From: Chara braunii
Lineage: Eukaryota > Plantae > Charophyceae
DNA: 64,000 nt
Direction: 5' to 3'
NCBI GenBank assembly: GCA_003427395.1
Contig: BFEA01000044.1
Coordinates: 3,450,967-3,514,966, forward strand
In this document: positions 23,924-34,539 of the stretch, piece by piece
Numbering within the stretch: position 1 is the first letter of the stretch
Layout of the letters: every line of letters begins with the position of its first letter
Translations under genes and position numbers: made by a program
Notes under the pieces: generated by a model
Told to the model about the DNA's origin: nothing
The model's input: the letters and a program-made list of their open reading frames with translations, nothing else
The model's database searches: none

Positions 23924-26119
23924 ATGACTCAGATCCCAAGAACATCCCCTCTTCCTCTTCATCAGACCCGACCAGACATTCAGCTCAATAAGTTGTCGTT
24001 CCAACCCCCGTCTATTCCGTCAATTCTCTCCAATCTCTCGTCCACTCCTTCAGTTGAGCAACTCCGCCTTGCTACCTTCGCCTTTCAGGAACCGAACTCC
24101 TGGCTTCGCAACCCGGACCAATTTTTTGTCGTCTCTACCTCCGACTGCTTTAGCAACTGGTCCCTTCTCCTCTCCTCTTCTTCAAGAAGATATTCTCACT
24201 CTGTTTTCCAATGGATTCAGCACGAGCGTCAGACTTAACTTTGTTGGTACCAAGCATACTCCAGTTAAAAAGATTATTGAAGTTAGGTATATGGTAAAAA
24301 AAGTTTACTCAACCTCCGCCTTCAAAAGGATTCTCTTGTGTGAAAACCTCCCCCAACCTCAATTCTCAATCATTCCCTTCTTCCTCATCATAATTCATTC
24401 ATCACCTCTTCAATATCTCAACTCCTTGCTTACGGCGTCATTGAGCACTCTAAAAAACCTCTGGTTATTAATCCGGTTTTTACTATTGAAAACTCATCCA
24501 AAACCAGATCCATTCTGGATGTTAGATTTGTTAATCTTTTCCTATCCTTTCCGAAATTTTACTATGAATCTATCAATGATCTGGTAGCACCTCTTTGTGG
24601 TTCACAAACGCAAAATTTTCTGAGATGTTTTGACATAAAGAATGATTACTATCATATACTAATCCACCCTGAGCACATACCTTACCTTGCCTTCTCCTTG
24701 GACGGAATAACTTACCAATTTACCACCCTTTGCTTTGACATTTCTGCCGCATGATGGATTTTTACTGCAGTAATGCAAGAAATCATGGCAGAACTTCGCC
24801 TCCGTCAGATTTTTATCACCTCTTACATAGATGATTCTGCTTTGGCAAACTCAAATTTTTCACTCATCCTCTTACATTCCTTCAACTATGTAGCCCTTCT
24901 CCACAATCTGGGTTTCTTTTTAAGCCTTAATAAATGTTCTTTTTTACCTTCACAATCCATTAGATTCTTAGGATTTATAATTGACCCCCATCACAAAAGA
25001 ATCAGAGTTCCGGAAGATAAGGTGGAAAAAATCTTGGCCCTCATCGCTTCAACTTCCCATTCCACCGCCTCAAGCAGAACCTTAGCTAAACTTGCTGGGA
25101 AACTCGCTTCCCTCGTGCAAGCCTTCCTTCCAAGCCTTTTTTTCACTTCATCCATTTATACAGTCATCTCGGCGGCCAATTGGGACTCACCCATCCCCAT
25201 CTCTGACTCCTTAATGCAAGATCTTATTTGGTGGACTGAGCACCTACCCCACCTTCCTGGCCGACTTTGGGTTAAACGTTCAATTACCTCCACTATCTCT
25301 ACAGATGCATCATCCACCCAAATTGGTGTCATCATTGTTCCTTCCTTAGGCCCCCCTCTCCTTTTTAATCAATGTCTTCCAGGATATTTCCTCCCAGCTT
25401 CCTCCACGCATAGAGAACTCTTTGCAGTACTTCAAACCCTTTTACTTCTTCAAAACTCTCATCCTCATCTTCTCTTTTCATCCGCCATCAGACTCCTTTC
25501 AGATAGTCAATCTGCAGTAGCCGTGCTCAACAATCTTCATTCCCTGGATCCCCTCTTTAATCATTGGCCTCAACTTATCTCTTCATTACTTATAACCCAT
25601 GACTCCTGTCTTTTTCCAATCTGGATCCCTAGAAATCTCAATCAAATCGCAGATGACTTATCCAAAACCCAGGATAATACAGATTGGGGCATCTCCTCTC
25701 ACTTAAAAAACAGCATCTTCAAGTCAATAGGCACTCCTGCAATCGATCTCTTTGCATCGGGCTACCATCACGCCTGTCCTATCTTTGTTTCCAGAACTTG
25801 GTCCTCATCCGCTTCTTTCGTAGATGCGCTATCACTTGATTGAAATTCTCTTCCAGTCTCACCTTATAGGTGGCTTTTTCCCCCAACCAGTCTCATTCAC
25901 GAAGTTCTGACCCTTGCCTCAGCCGCCCCTGCCACCTATCTATTTATCTTCCCAGATTCGCGTAAGGCAAATTGGCTACCCAGAATCCTTTCTCTTAAAA
26001 ATTTTTGGACATTTATCATTCCAAAATCCATTTACTCCTGTATTCCCAGCCCAATAATTCATCACACTTGCCCCAATCCAGCCACCATTGGTCTTGCCTG
26101 CAGCTTGTTCTCCACTTAA
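23924..26119 (+). pseudogene. DIRS-type pol: reverse transcriptase - RNase H - Dam-methyltransferase-like domain
   Basis: RT: FDIKNDYYHI, YIDD, FLGFII. RNase H: STDAS, HRELFAV, LSDSQS, WIPRNLNQIADDLSK. MT-like: IDLFAS, VDALSLD*(W), WLFPP. A few stops and frameshifts. Confidence 0.9.
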
Positions 26120-26169
26120 CCCTCTGCCGCATCCTTTTCATTTCCCTCCATAACCTCCCCGCTGCGTTT

Positions 26170-27300
26170 TCAACCCCTTTTTATTCCATAACCATACCAC
26201 ATGAATGTACCAACACTACTCCGTGTTCCCTGCCGCATCATTTCTCCCAAGCTCCATCCCTCCTCTATTCCAGCTTGTAAACCCCCAATTCGGAAGCTAT
26301 GTCCACTCTCTCCTTCGTAAACTCTGGCCTCTCCAAACCACTTCTCTATTCGTTTATTAAAAGCACCCCCGCCGAGTGCATTAACACCTCGACCAACTCG
26401 AAACAGATATCCAGTTCGCAAATCTACCCCCAGATGTTCATACACAACTATCAATTCCGGCAGTATTCCTAGGAAGGTTTTTTCGCCTTCCATAACTTTC
26501 TTCAATCGTATCAGAAAACGACCCCCATGTCGATCCGTCTTAGTATATCCAAGTCTTACCAAACAATTTCCAATATCAATTTTCTTATATTGCAATCGCA
26601 AACCTTCTCCGCATCGCTGCCAGCTTTCCCATAAATATAGGAACATAGCTGCATCCCGGTAAGCGTCAGCCTCTCGCATTTTCTTCAGCACCTTTACCTT
26701 GCATCTTATATACTCAATTACAACTTTCAGTTTCTCCCAAACTAGCGGTCGCGCAGAACCCCTCTCGCCAACCCGTATTCCCTGTACGCTTTTCGAAATG
26801 TCTTTACCCGGCTTCCTTGGCAAGGATCATCCCCCTCCTCCCTGCCTAGCAATCTAAATGCACCACTTAAGCAATTTACCACCGCATCCCCAGTTGACGG
26901 TGATACCATCGGTTCCCCACCACTATCAGTAGTTCGACACCTACTCTCAATCTCCACCAACCATTAACTGCTTAGGAAGGAAAAAACATCTAAATCATTA
27001 CATGTCATACAACTCTTGCCCACTTCATTTCGTTTCAACCACTCGTTGAAACCAAGAAGCAATTTTTTCATTCCACTTCGCCATCGTTTTCCTGGCCCGA
27101 ACTCTTCTATCAGCTTGCTGCTCCATTCTAGTCCTGCTTGATAACTCCCAGCTATTTCCGGCGTCGCTCGCTTCTGCCTCCAGCTCTCATCGCTCATTCG
27201 CTCGTTCCACCACTCCCTGCAAGACCCAACTATTTCCGGCGTCGCTCGCTTCTGCCTCCAGCTCTCATCGCTCATTCGCTCGTTCCACCACTCCCTGCAA
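26170..27300 (-). pseudogene. Tyrosine recombinase of the YR element, antisense to pol
   Basis: Catalytic-type motifs QRCGE, YTKTD, YLFR, GHSFRIGG and terminal FMWY; the upstream part is broken by a stop/frameshift and a 78-bp-period duplication (27152-27301). Confidence 0.88.
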
Positions 27301-27349
27301 GATGACACGTCACTTGTGGGATGATGGAGGGATTTGGGGAGGCCTAGGA

Positions 27350-28154
27350 GGTGTGTGGGCCTGCGGCCCAACTCTATGACTCAATTCTGAGCAATCGACC
27401 ATCATCAAGGACTTCGTTTTTTTTTATTTTATCTCGACAGGACCCAGGCAGCAACTGTCCTACTCGAGCCCTTCTAGTTGGTACCTACTCGACGGGGCAA
27501 GATGCAACCATCACTTCAAGCGTTGACAAGATACTTTCACTTTGGTCATTTCAACGCAACTGTCTCAGGAGGCCTCGTCACCGACGATCTTCAGTTTCAA
27601 CGGAGGGCACTGTTTTCTAAGATTCAATTTTCTTTATCTCCTAAAAAATCAACTGTCTCCAGAGGCCTTCTCATCGACGATCTTCAGTTCCAACGGAAGA
27701 GCACTGTTTTCCTAAGATCAATTTCTTATTCTCAGAATCTACGGATGTGTGTGAGTGAGCCAAGATCCACGAAGGGGCTTAGTGGAACTTACCCTGCGGG
27801 AAGGAGCCCCTCGGAGGACCGACCGCCACTGGATCCTGGAGCAGCGAGTGTATAAGTAACCGGCATAGGACCGGTCGCTGCAGGCTGACTTGACTCGCGC
27901 GGAGCGGCTTCAGGATTTCGTCCGCCGGCAGCTGCGCCCATCGCATAGGCAAACCTGCGGTCACAGCACAGCCACCAAGTCTGCTCAGAGGCCGAGTTGT
28001 TTTCCTCGCCAAGATTCTGGCGAAGCGGTCCCGCCCACCCTCGATTTTCCCGCGGTGTGTGGGCCTGCGGCGCAACTCTATGACTCACTTCTGAGCAATC
28101 GGCCATCATCAAGGACTTCGTTTTTTTCTATTTTATCTCGACCGGACCCAGGCA
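27350..28154 (+). repeat. Right-end split repeats B1 (27350-27450) - A2 (27451-28005) - B2 (28054-28154)
   Basis: B copies read GGTGTGTGGGCCTGCGG...GGACCCAGGCA, 101 bp each; A2 directly abuts B1. Confidence 0.9.
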
Positions 28155-28216
28155 ATAAACGAGCAGAGCTTTCATTGTAAAAAATAATTAAAATTCAATG
28201 AGATGTCAGCATCCCA

Positions 28217-28272
28217 AGAAGCCAGAAAAGCCAGAAAGCCAGAAAAGCCAGAAAGCCAGAAAAGCCAGAAAA
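28217..28272. repeat. (AGAAAAGCC/AGAAAGCC)n short tandem repeat
   Basis: About 6 consecutive 8-9-bp units. Confidence 0.85.
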
Positions 28273-28541
28273 GGGTCTCTCCATTCCAGAATTGCTACCC
28301 TTAGAGACCATAAACCCTTCGATGTCATTAAAATCCAGAAGGGTCCCCTTACATGGGTCCGTGAAGGGTCCCCCTAAGGGCCTCGCCACGCTGGTTCCGG
28401 ACTCTATGGGCCTCGCTGTACCGCTTTCCGAATGTGAAAAGGCAGAAACATGGCGAGTGTATCTGTTCATGTTCTAGCAGAAAGGTCATTCTCATTTTGC
28501 ACATTTGGACAGTGAGCACCTGGAGGACGAGGCCCTAACCA

Positions 28542-28640
28542 GGGGCTAGGTCCCACTTACACGGATTATGCGATATTGACCGTAGATAGCAAAGATCAAC
28601 GGCCAGAATCTCTTAATCCGTGCGAGTGGGACCTTGCCCC
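28542..28640. repeat. ~99-bp imperfect palindrome, copy 2
   Basis: GGGGCTAGGTCCCACTTACACGGATTA...TAATCCGTGCGAGTGGGACCTTGCCCC, with further internal pairing around an AGCAAAG loop. Confidence 0.8.
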
Positions 28641-30229
28641 AGTGGTATTACTTTCGGCCTTTACCAAGAGGGCGTGACTTCAACCGCTAACAAGCGGGCG
28701 GGAAGGTGACATCTGGCGGGAACATGCTGATGGAGTTCGTATCCGAGAAAAAGTCGCCCTCCACGGCGATGCTGCGTCGGGACCACATCTGTCTTCTACA
28801 AGGCACGCTGCATCGTCCGTGTTGTCACGTTTTTTTTTGGGCATCGCCACACCATTCACGAAAAGAATAAGAATGCCAGTGCATCTTCCCCCAGAAGCTG
28901 GCAAGAAACATCCGTTACTATGAATCATGACCGACGAATCCAGTCACCTCCTAAGGCACGATGCACTTGCATTGTTTGGCGTTCCGAGAGGCCCTTCGCT
29001 TCCCCCCTCCTTTTTGCCTGCTGCCCCGCCCTGCTCGAAGGGCAGACCCCGCCTGTGCAATCTTCGCGCTACGAAAGCATGAACCTCGCGATTTCGGGGC
29101 CGAGCAAGAACATATCGCCCGCATGGCCGGTGCCTAAAGCGATGGAATGCACTGCAGCTTGCTGCTTAGTTGGTAATTAGTAGTTGCCACCGCTACCAAG
29201 ACCGACAGGGAAGGGCGCAGCGCCGAGCGTGTCGCGCCGCAGTGTCGCACGGTCTGCCTCTCCTGCGCTTTCGGCTTTGCACATCACTACAGATCTACAC
29301 GTGCCGCGGTCGAGCATCCGTACAGTTCATCGGGCAATCAATCCTGCACCGGGAAGAGGAAGAGGAGGAGGAGGAGGAGGAGGAGGAGGAGGAGGAGTTC
29401 GAGTTCGTCGCCGAACGTCAATCAAGTTGGAAATTTCGTATCTGTCTGGGCCACTGACCTCGGAATCGTTGACGGCAGTGCTTTTAGTCCTGTTCATGGG
29501 TGGGTACAGATTTGCCGCAGTGCATTCCATCGCATTCAACACGTCTTCGTTCTACGGGGGACCCAATTGGATAACGTACAAACAGTACTAGAGGGGAGAA
29601 GAAAGGAAAAATAGAGGAAGGTGAGTTACCGCCATTCTGAAGTACCATTTAGTTTGCAATTCTGAAATTTTTGACGTGTGCTTTCGTTCTCCATGGATAG
29701 ATACTTGGAACGTTTGTCGATGCGTGCGTCTCCTTTTTTTTTATGGATCGTAATGATCCGTTTCTGTATTTGTGCGTCTCGTCTTTGCGTTGGGGGCCTT
29801 GACTTACTTTCAGTCTCTGTATCGTTCAGATTTTAACGGGTGTCTGGAAGGACGTGAGTTTCAGTCTTCACTTTTGTATTTTTAACATTACAGAGAGTAC
29901 AGAGTTTTATTAGTCGGTGGATTAATAGCTTTGTCCCTCAGGTTTTGACTTTTAAGTCGAAGTTTTGAAGTGTCCGAGTTTAGGAAGGGTGTAATTTATC
30001 ATATTATATGTGCGCTCGGTCTGACGTCAGATCCGATCCTGCTTTTGTCGGTTCCCCTTGATCTCCTACGTAGAGCCCCTTGTTCTCCTCCTCTTCCTCC
30101 TTCTCCTCCTCCTCTTCTTTCTCCTCCTCGTTCTCTTCCTTTTCCGTCTCCTCTTTCCAATGAAATGGAGTGGCAAATGAAGGGGCGGCGGCGTAGCAGG
30201 AATGCTGACAGGAAAGTTACGAAAATGAA

Positions 30230-30230
30230 A

Positions 30231-30267
<37 letters not shown>

Positions 30268-30340
30268 CAATGACGATGATGATGATGATGATGATGTCAA
30301 TGACAATGACAATGACGATGATGATGATGATGATGATGCC

Positions 30341-30385
<45 letters not shown>

Positions 30386-30570
30386 AGAGAAGAAGTGAAG
30401 ATGGAGGCGGTAACGCTGGGGTAATGATGAAGGCGATGCTGCTGCTGCTGCTGCTGCTGCTGCTGATGTTAGCGAAGAGTTGAAGGAGGAGATGATGATG
30501 ATGATGATGACGACTATAGCGAGGAGGTGGTGTGAATGAGGACGACATGCGATGATGATGATGATGAGGG
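30230..30570. repeat. (ATG/GAT)n and (GCT)n microsatellite block
   Basis: Long trinucleotide runs. Confidence 0.9.
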
Positions 30571-31531
30571 AAGCTCAAGTGGAGATGGGAAACGCCAATA
30601 CTCAGTCGTTAACGATGACGAAGTCGACGCGTCGGTGTTTCTGTTTCCTCTCCCCACAATCCTTTGGTCTCTCGTTTCCTCTCCTTGCAATCACGACAAC
30701 GATCGAAATGACAAACCCTTTCGATCGGGCAAACGCTGATTGCTTGATCGTTATTCTTCTCGTTGCCTCTTTTATTCGCGTGTTTTTTGTCCTTCCTCTC
30801 CCACCTCCCCTGTTCTCTTCCCCTCCTTGACTCCGCCTTCGCCTCCTCCTCCGCCTCGACCGGGTAGAATGAAGTTGGATGTCAAAGCAACCCTGACAGT
30901 GGAATGACTCCTCCATGACAATCCTCCCCCCCTCCCCTTCTCTGTTCCCTTTTCTACCTAGCGTGTCAAAGCCACCCTATAAAGAAGAACGAGTTTTCAA
31001 GGGGTCTTTTAGTAACCGAGGGTGTCAAAGGAACCCTATTTAAAGAAGCCCTGAAAAAGTGCCCCAGAAAGGAGGACATTTTTCAATAAGTGAGCCGTTG
31101 ATGTGGTGTGTTGCTTTGTTGGACCATTGAAAATTATTTTATACAGAAAATTGTTTCACGTGGAAACTTAAACGTGTTCAAACTGAAAGATGCTTTGAGT
31201 GGTGTACGGGAATGGGCATCGGAAGAAGCAAAAGCCAGGAGTGGGCGTCGCTCCACTTCTCAGCAAATGTGCAAAACTCGAGGATGAATCTTCGGTCAGA
31301 ACACGGGAAGATGCACGGCCATATGTTGTTGTGTTTTGTGCGTCTTGGTGAGTAGTGGAGCGAGGCCCGATGAGAGAGAACCAAAGAGAATCCAAAATGA
31401 ATTGGGAATGGAGTTTGTCATCTCCTTTATCTTCCTCATGCTCCTAGATTTTTCACCGGGTCGCGGGGAAAAACGAGTACCCGTGCTGGCGTGGGGTTAA
31501 GTACTCATCTTGGGTCTTAACTTTCACCCCA

Positions 31532-31607
31532 GTCCACTTAGCCGTTTGGTTGAGTGTTTACCTTTGAACGTGGAGGTCGCGTGTTCGATCCTTGGATCGG
31601 TGCGGAC
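31532..31607 (+). pseudogene. Degenerate tRNA-like sequence (tRNA pseudogene or SINE head)
   Basis: A-box TAGCCGTTTGG (31539-31549) and B-box GTTCGATCC (31583-31591) at tRNA spacing, with a CTTTGAA loop; stems pair poorly. Confidence 0.5.
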
Positions 31608-31647
31608 GGACAGATTGTTGTCTGGAGTGAGAATGCAATGCAATGCA

Positions 31648-31910
31648 ATTCTAGTTCTTGCTCCCTCCTCCTCCTGCTGCTGCGCCGCTTTGCGCTGAAG
31701 AAGGCTACGAATCGGCTTACCATAATGTCGAATAAAGCATTAAGAAAAAGAAGTCGATTCTAGTTCTTGCTCCCTCCTCCTCCTTCTGCTGCTCCGCTTT
31801 GCGCTAGTTCTTGCTCCCTCCTCCTCCTGCTGCTGCTCCGCTTTGCGCTGAAGAAGGCTACGAATCGGCTTACCATAATGTCGAAAAAGCATTAAGAAAA
31901 AGAAGTCGAA
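31648..31910. repeat. Local ~110-bp tandem duplication with a partial third copy
   Basis: CTAGTTCTTGCTCCCTCCTCC occurs three times; ...GAAGAAGGCTACGAATCGGCTTACCATAATGTCGAA...AAGAAGTCGA occurs twice. Confidence 0.8.
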
Positions 31911-33304
31911 TAAAGCAGGCTGATAGGGTGAAAAAGAGAGGAAAAAAGAACGCTTGTACCGTGTGTGGAATGTGGAGGAAAAAATGTCGATACCGTGGGG
32001 GGGCATAAAGGACGAGGGGTGCTGGTGTGGTGGGGAGGAAGGACAACCGAGGCGGCAACGGTGGGCGACAATGGTGAGGATGTCGAAGAGGCTGATGATC
32101 GTGATGATGTCGATGATGCTGATAATCTTGAAGAGGGTGATGATCTTGATGAGGGTAATACTAGTGATGATGTTCGTGAGGGTGATAAAGGTGATGATGT
32201 TGATGAGATGGCAGCCGTGCCGTGCTATTGCTGATGATGTTTCAAGAGGTTGGTGATGGATATGAAGGTGCTGACGAGCCAGCACTGGTGTATAAGCCAG
32301 GGCGATGGTTTGCCGTCCTCCTGAAGAGGACCTTGTGTGTCGCAACAAGCGGGCGAAACATAAAGGGGAAACGTGCGCGTCCTTTTTTGGTTTCTTTTTG
32401 ATACCGTACGGGCTGTTGCTCGAGAGTGATCAACTGGCAGCAGCCCGTGGCACCAGCCCCCCGTGGCACCAACCCCTCTGGTTGGAAACGGCGGGGATGA
32501 AGCGAATCAAAGAGTGCTGCCCGCAACACTGGTTGTGGAGAAGGCTCAAAGAGGGTGGGGAAAGAGGATTTGCAGGGGGAAGGAAATAAAATCCTCCCCC
32601 CCGCCCCCCGAAAAACAGAAAAGATCCTTACCAACTGGCCTAGCGGAGTTGGTACAGCCGTGGACTGTTGAAGTACAGACCCGAGTACGAACGCCAGTGT
32701 AAGCAGATGAGTGAAATTGTACAATTCCGAATTCCGTACGGCCGGTCCGTCCAATGATAGTACAGTAATATTCTCAAGGCCGTCGCCCTTTTTAAAGAAT
32801 GAATGACTATGGGCTCAAATTGCCTGTTAAAAAAAAAAAGTAAATTGCCTGTGTTCAATTCAGTTCCAAACCTTGGGCCGATGTCCCATTTACACGGAAT
32901 CTTGCTTTCCGGCCTCTTCTTGTTTTTATTTTGAATTTATATTTATTTTATAACGATATGTGAGCCGTCCTTACGTGTGTTGTTCTCATGCATAGCCATG
33001 TCCTTTCTCTGTTCCGATGAACTGATTTGCTGTCGTGCAGACTATCATAGGATGATGCTACGTCTGTGGCAGCATTACATGAGGCCTGAACAATCCATTT
33101 GAGCTTGTTGGAGGAGGGCTCTGCTGCTGATAGCTCCAACGTTTCTTGAACGTCCTGACAGCACCGCACGTCTAACTGTTGCAGAAATTCGAAACGGAAC
33201 GGCGGAGCAATCTGTCAGCCGATCCTCCCCGGGAGGGAATTGCTTCATTGCCAGCTCGATCGGTTGATTGATCGATCAATTCGTTGATTCCCCTGTTGTC
33301 GATC

Positions 33305-33326
33305 TGTGTTTGTGTGTGTGTGTGTG

Positions 33327-33418
<92 letters not shown>
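33305..33418. repeat. Compound (GT)n(AGAT)n(AG)n microsatellite just upstream of the phosphatase gene
   Basis: Direct reading. Confidence 0.9.
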
Positions 33419-33420
<2 letters not shown>

Positions 33421-33475
33421 TCGCGCGGAAGGTTGCGATTTGAACGGGGAGAGAGGGGTGGTGTGTGGTTTGGTG

Positions 33476-34471
33476 ATGGAGGCTACAGAGTGCGGCGGCC
33501 GCAGTCCTTCGCTTGTGAACTGCGGCGACGGCAGGGTGTGCGAGGTCGGGCAGATTGTGAATGGGCTGGATAACTTTTTGTTCGACTGCGACGGCGTGCT
33601 TTGGCATGGGGAGAAGGTGCTGGACGGAATCATAGAGACGTTGTCCTTCTTAAGATCGCAAGGGAAAAGGTTATTTTTCGTTACAAACAACGCCACCAAG
33701 AGTCGTAAGGATTATTTGAAGAAGTTCCAGAGGCTCGGGATCTACGCACTGCCGGAGGAGATCTACACCGCCGGATACGCCGCAGCTGCTTATTTGAAAT
33801 CCTTGGGGTTCAAGAAAACCGCATTTGTAATAGGAGCCTCAGGACTGGAGGAAGAGCTAACTTTGGCGGGAATCAAGTGGATCGGCGGGACTGAGTACCC
33901 GATCGCTGGTCCCGCGTTGGAGGACGTCGCGTCGTCTATTAATTGTGACCCGGAGGTCGGAGCGGTGATCGTGTCCCTTGATTGGCGATGCACGTACGAA
34001 AAGATTGCGCAGGCGGCCTCCTTTTTGCGTCGGGACAAGAACTGCGTCTTCGTTGGGACGAATCCGGATCCGAAGCTGAATACTGCAAGCGGGGTGGTGC
34101 TCCCGGGGGCGGGAAGCCTCCTTGCGGCGGTGGAAACCACCACGGGGAGGAAGGCCTCGGTGGTCGGCAAACCGGAGCCGCTGATGCTCGATCTGATGGT
34201 GGCTGAGCATCGGCTCGATCGACGGCGCACGGGAATGGTTGGCGATGCCCTCACCACGGACATCCCCTTTGGGAAGAGAGGTGGTCTAACTTCTATCCTG
34301 GTGATGAGCGGGGTGACTACCAGGGCCGACTTCGAAGCGCATAGAGCAAGTAAGGAAAGCGGTGTTCACCCTGACTTTGTACTGGAGAGCGCGGCAGATA
34401 TCTTGCGGGCGCGCACACTGGCGTCGAGAGCGGCTGTTGTCGAAACCGATCACAGGCATCATACTAACTAG
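33476..34471 (+). CDS. HAD-superfamily class IIA phosphatase, phosphoglycolate phosphatase / p-nitrophenylphosphatase-like; intronless, 331 aa
   Basis: Motif I FLFDCDGVLW, motif II FVTNN, cap segment GTNPD...PGAGS, motifs III/IV GKP...MVGDALTTDIPFG...SILVMSGVT; uninterrupted ORF, first ATG at 33476. Confidence 0.92.
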   Translation: MEATECGGRSPSLVNCGDGRVCEVGQIVNGLDNFLFDCDGVLWHGEKVLDGIIETLSFLRSQGKRLFFVTNNATKSRKDYLKKFQRLGIYALPEEIYTAGYAAAAYLKSLGFKKTAFVIGASGLEEELTLAGIKWIGGTEYPIAGPALEDVASSINCDPEVGAVIVSLDWRCTYEKIAQAASFLRRDKNCVFVGTNPDPKLNTASGVVLPGAGSLLAAVETTTGRKASVVGKPEPLMLDLMVAEHRLDRRRTGMVGDALTTDIPFGKRGGLTSILVMSGVTTRADFEAHRASKESGVHPDFVLESAADILRARTLASRAAVVETDHRHHTN

Positions 34472-34539
34472 AGTGTGGAGGACCGACTGTGCCAACAACT
34501 GAATGGATCTTCAGTCTTCTTGAATAAAGTCGCAGAGAT

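Larger units (their letters stand above)
12596..28154 (+). mobile_element. Tyrosine-recombinase retrotransposon (DIRS order, PAT/kangaroo-like) with split direct repeats, ~15.5 kb
   Basis: Repeat A at 12596-13151 and 27451-28005; repeat B at 27350-27450 and 28054-28154 (A1...B1-A2-B2 layout); DIRS-type RT/RNaseH/MT on + and tyrosine recombinase on -. Confidence 0.88.

Noticed and set aside
29970-30830. Poly-Met/His ORFs, and similar poly-Ile/Asn ORFs at 60000-62190
   Set aside because: Translation artefacts of trinucleotide microsatellites.
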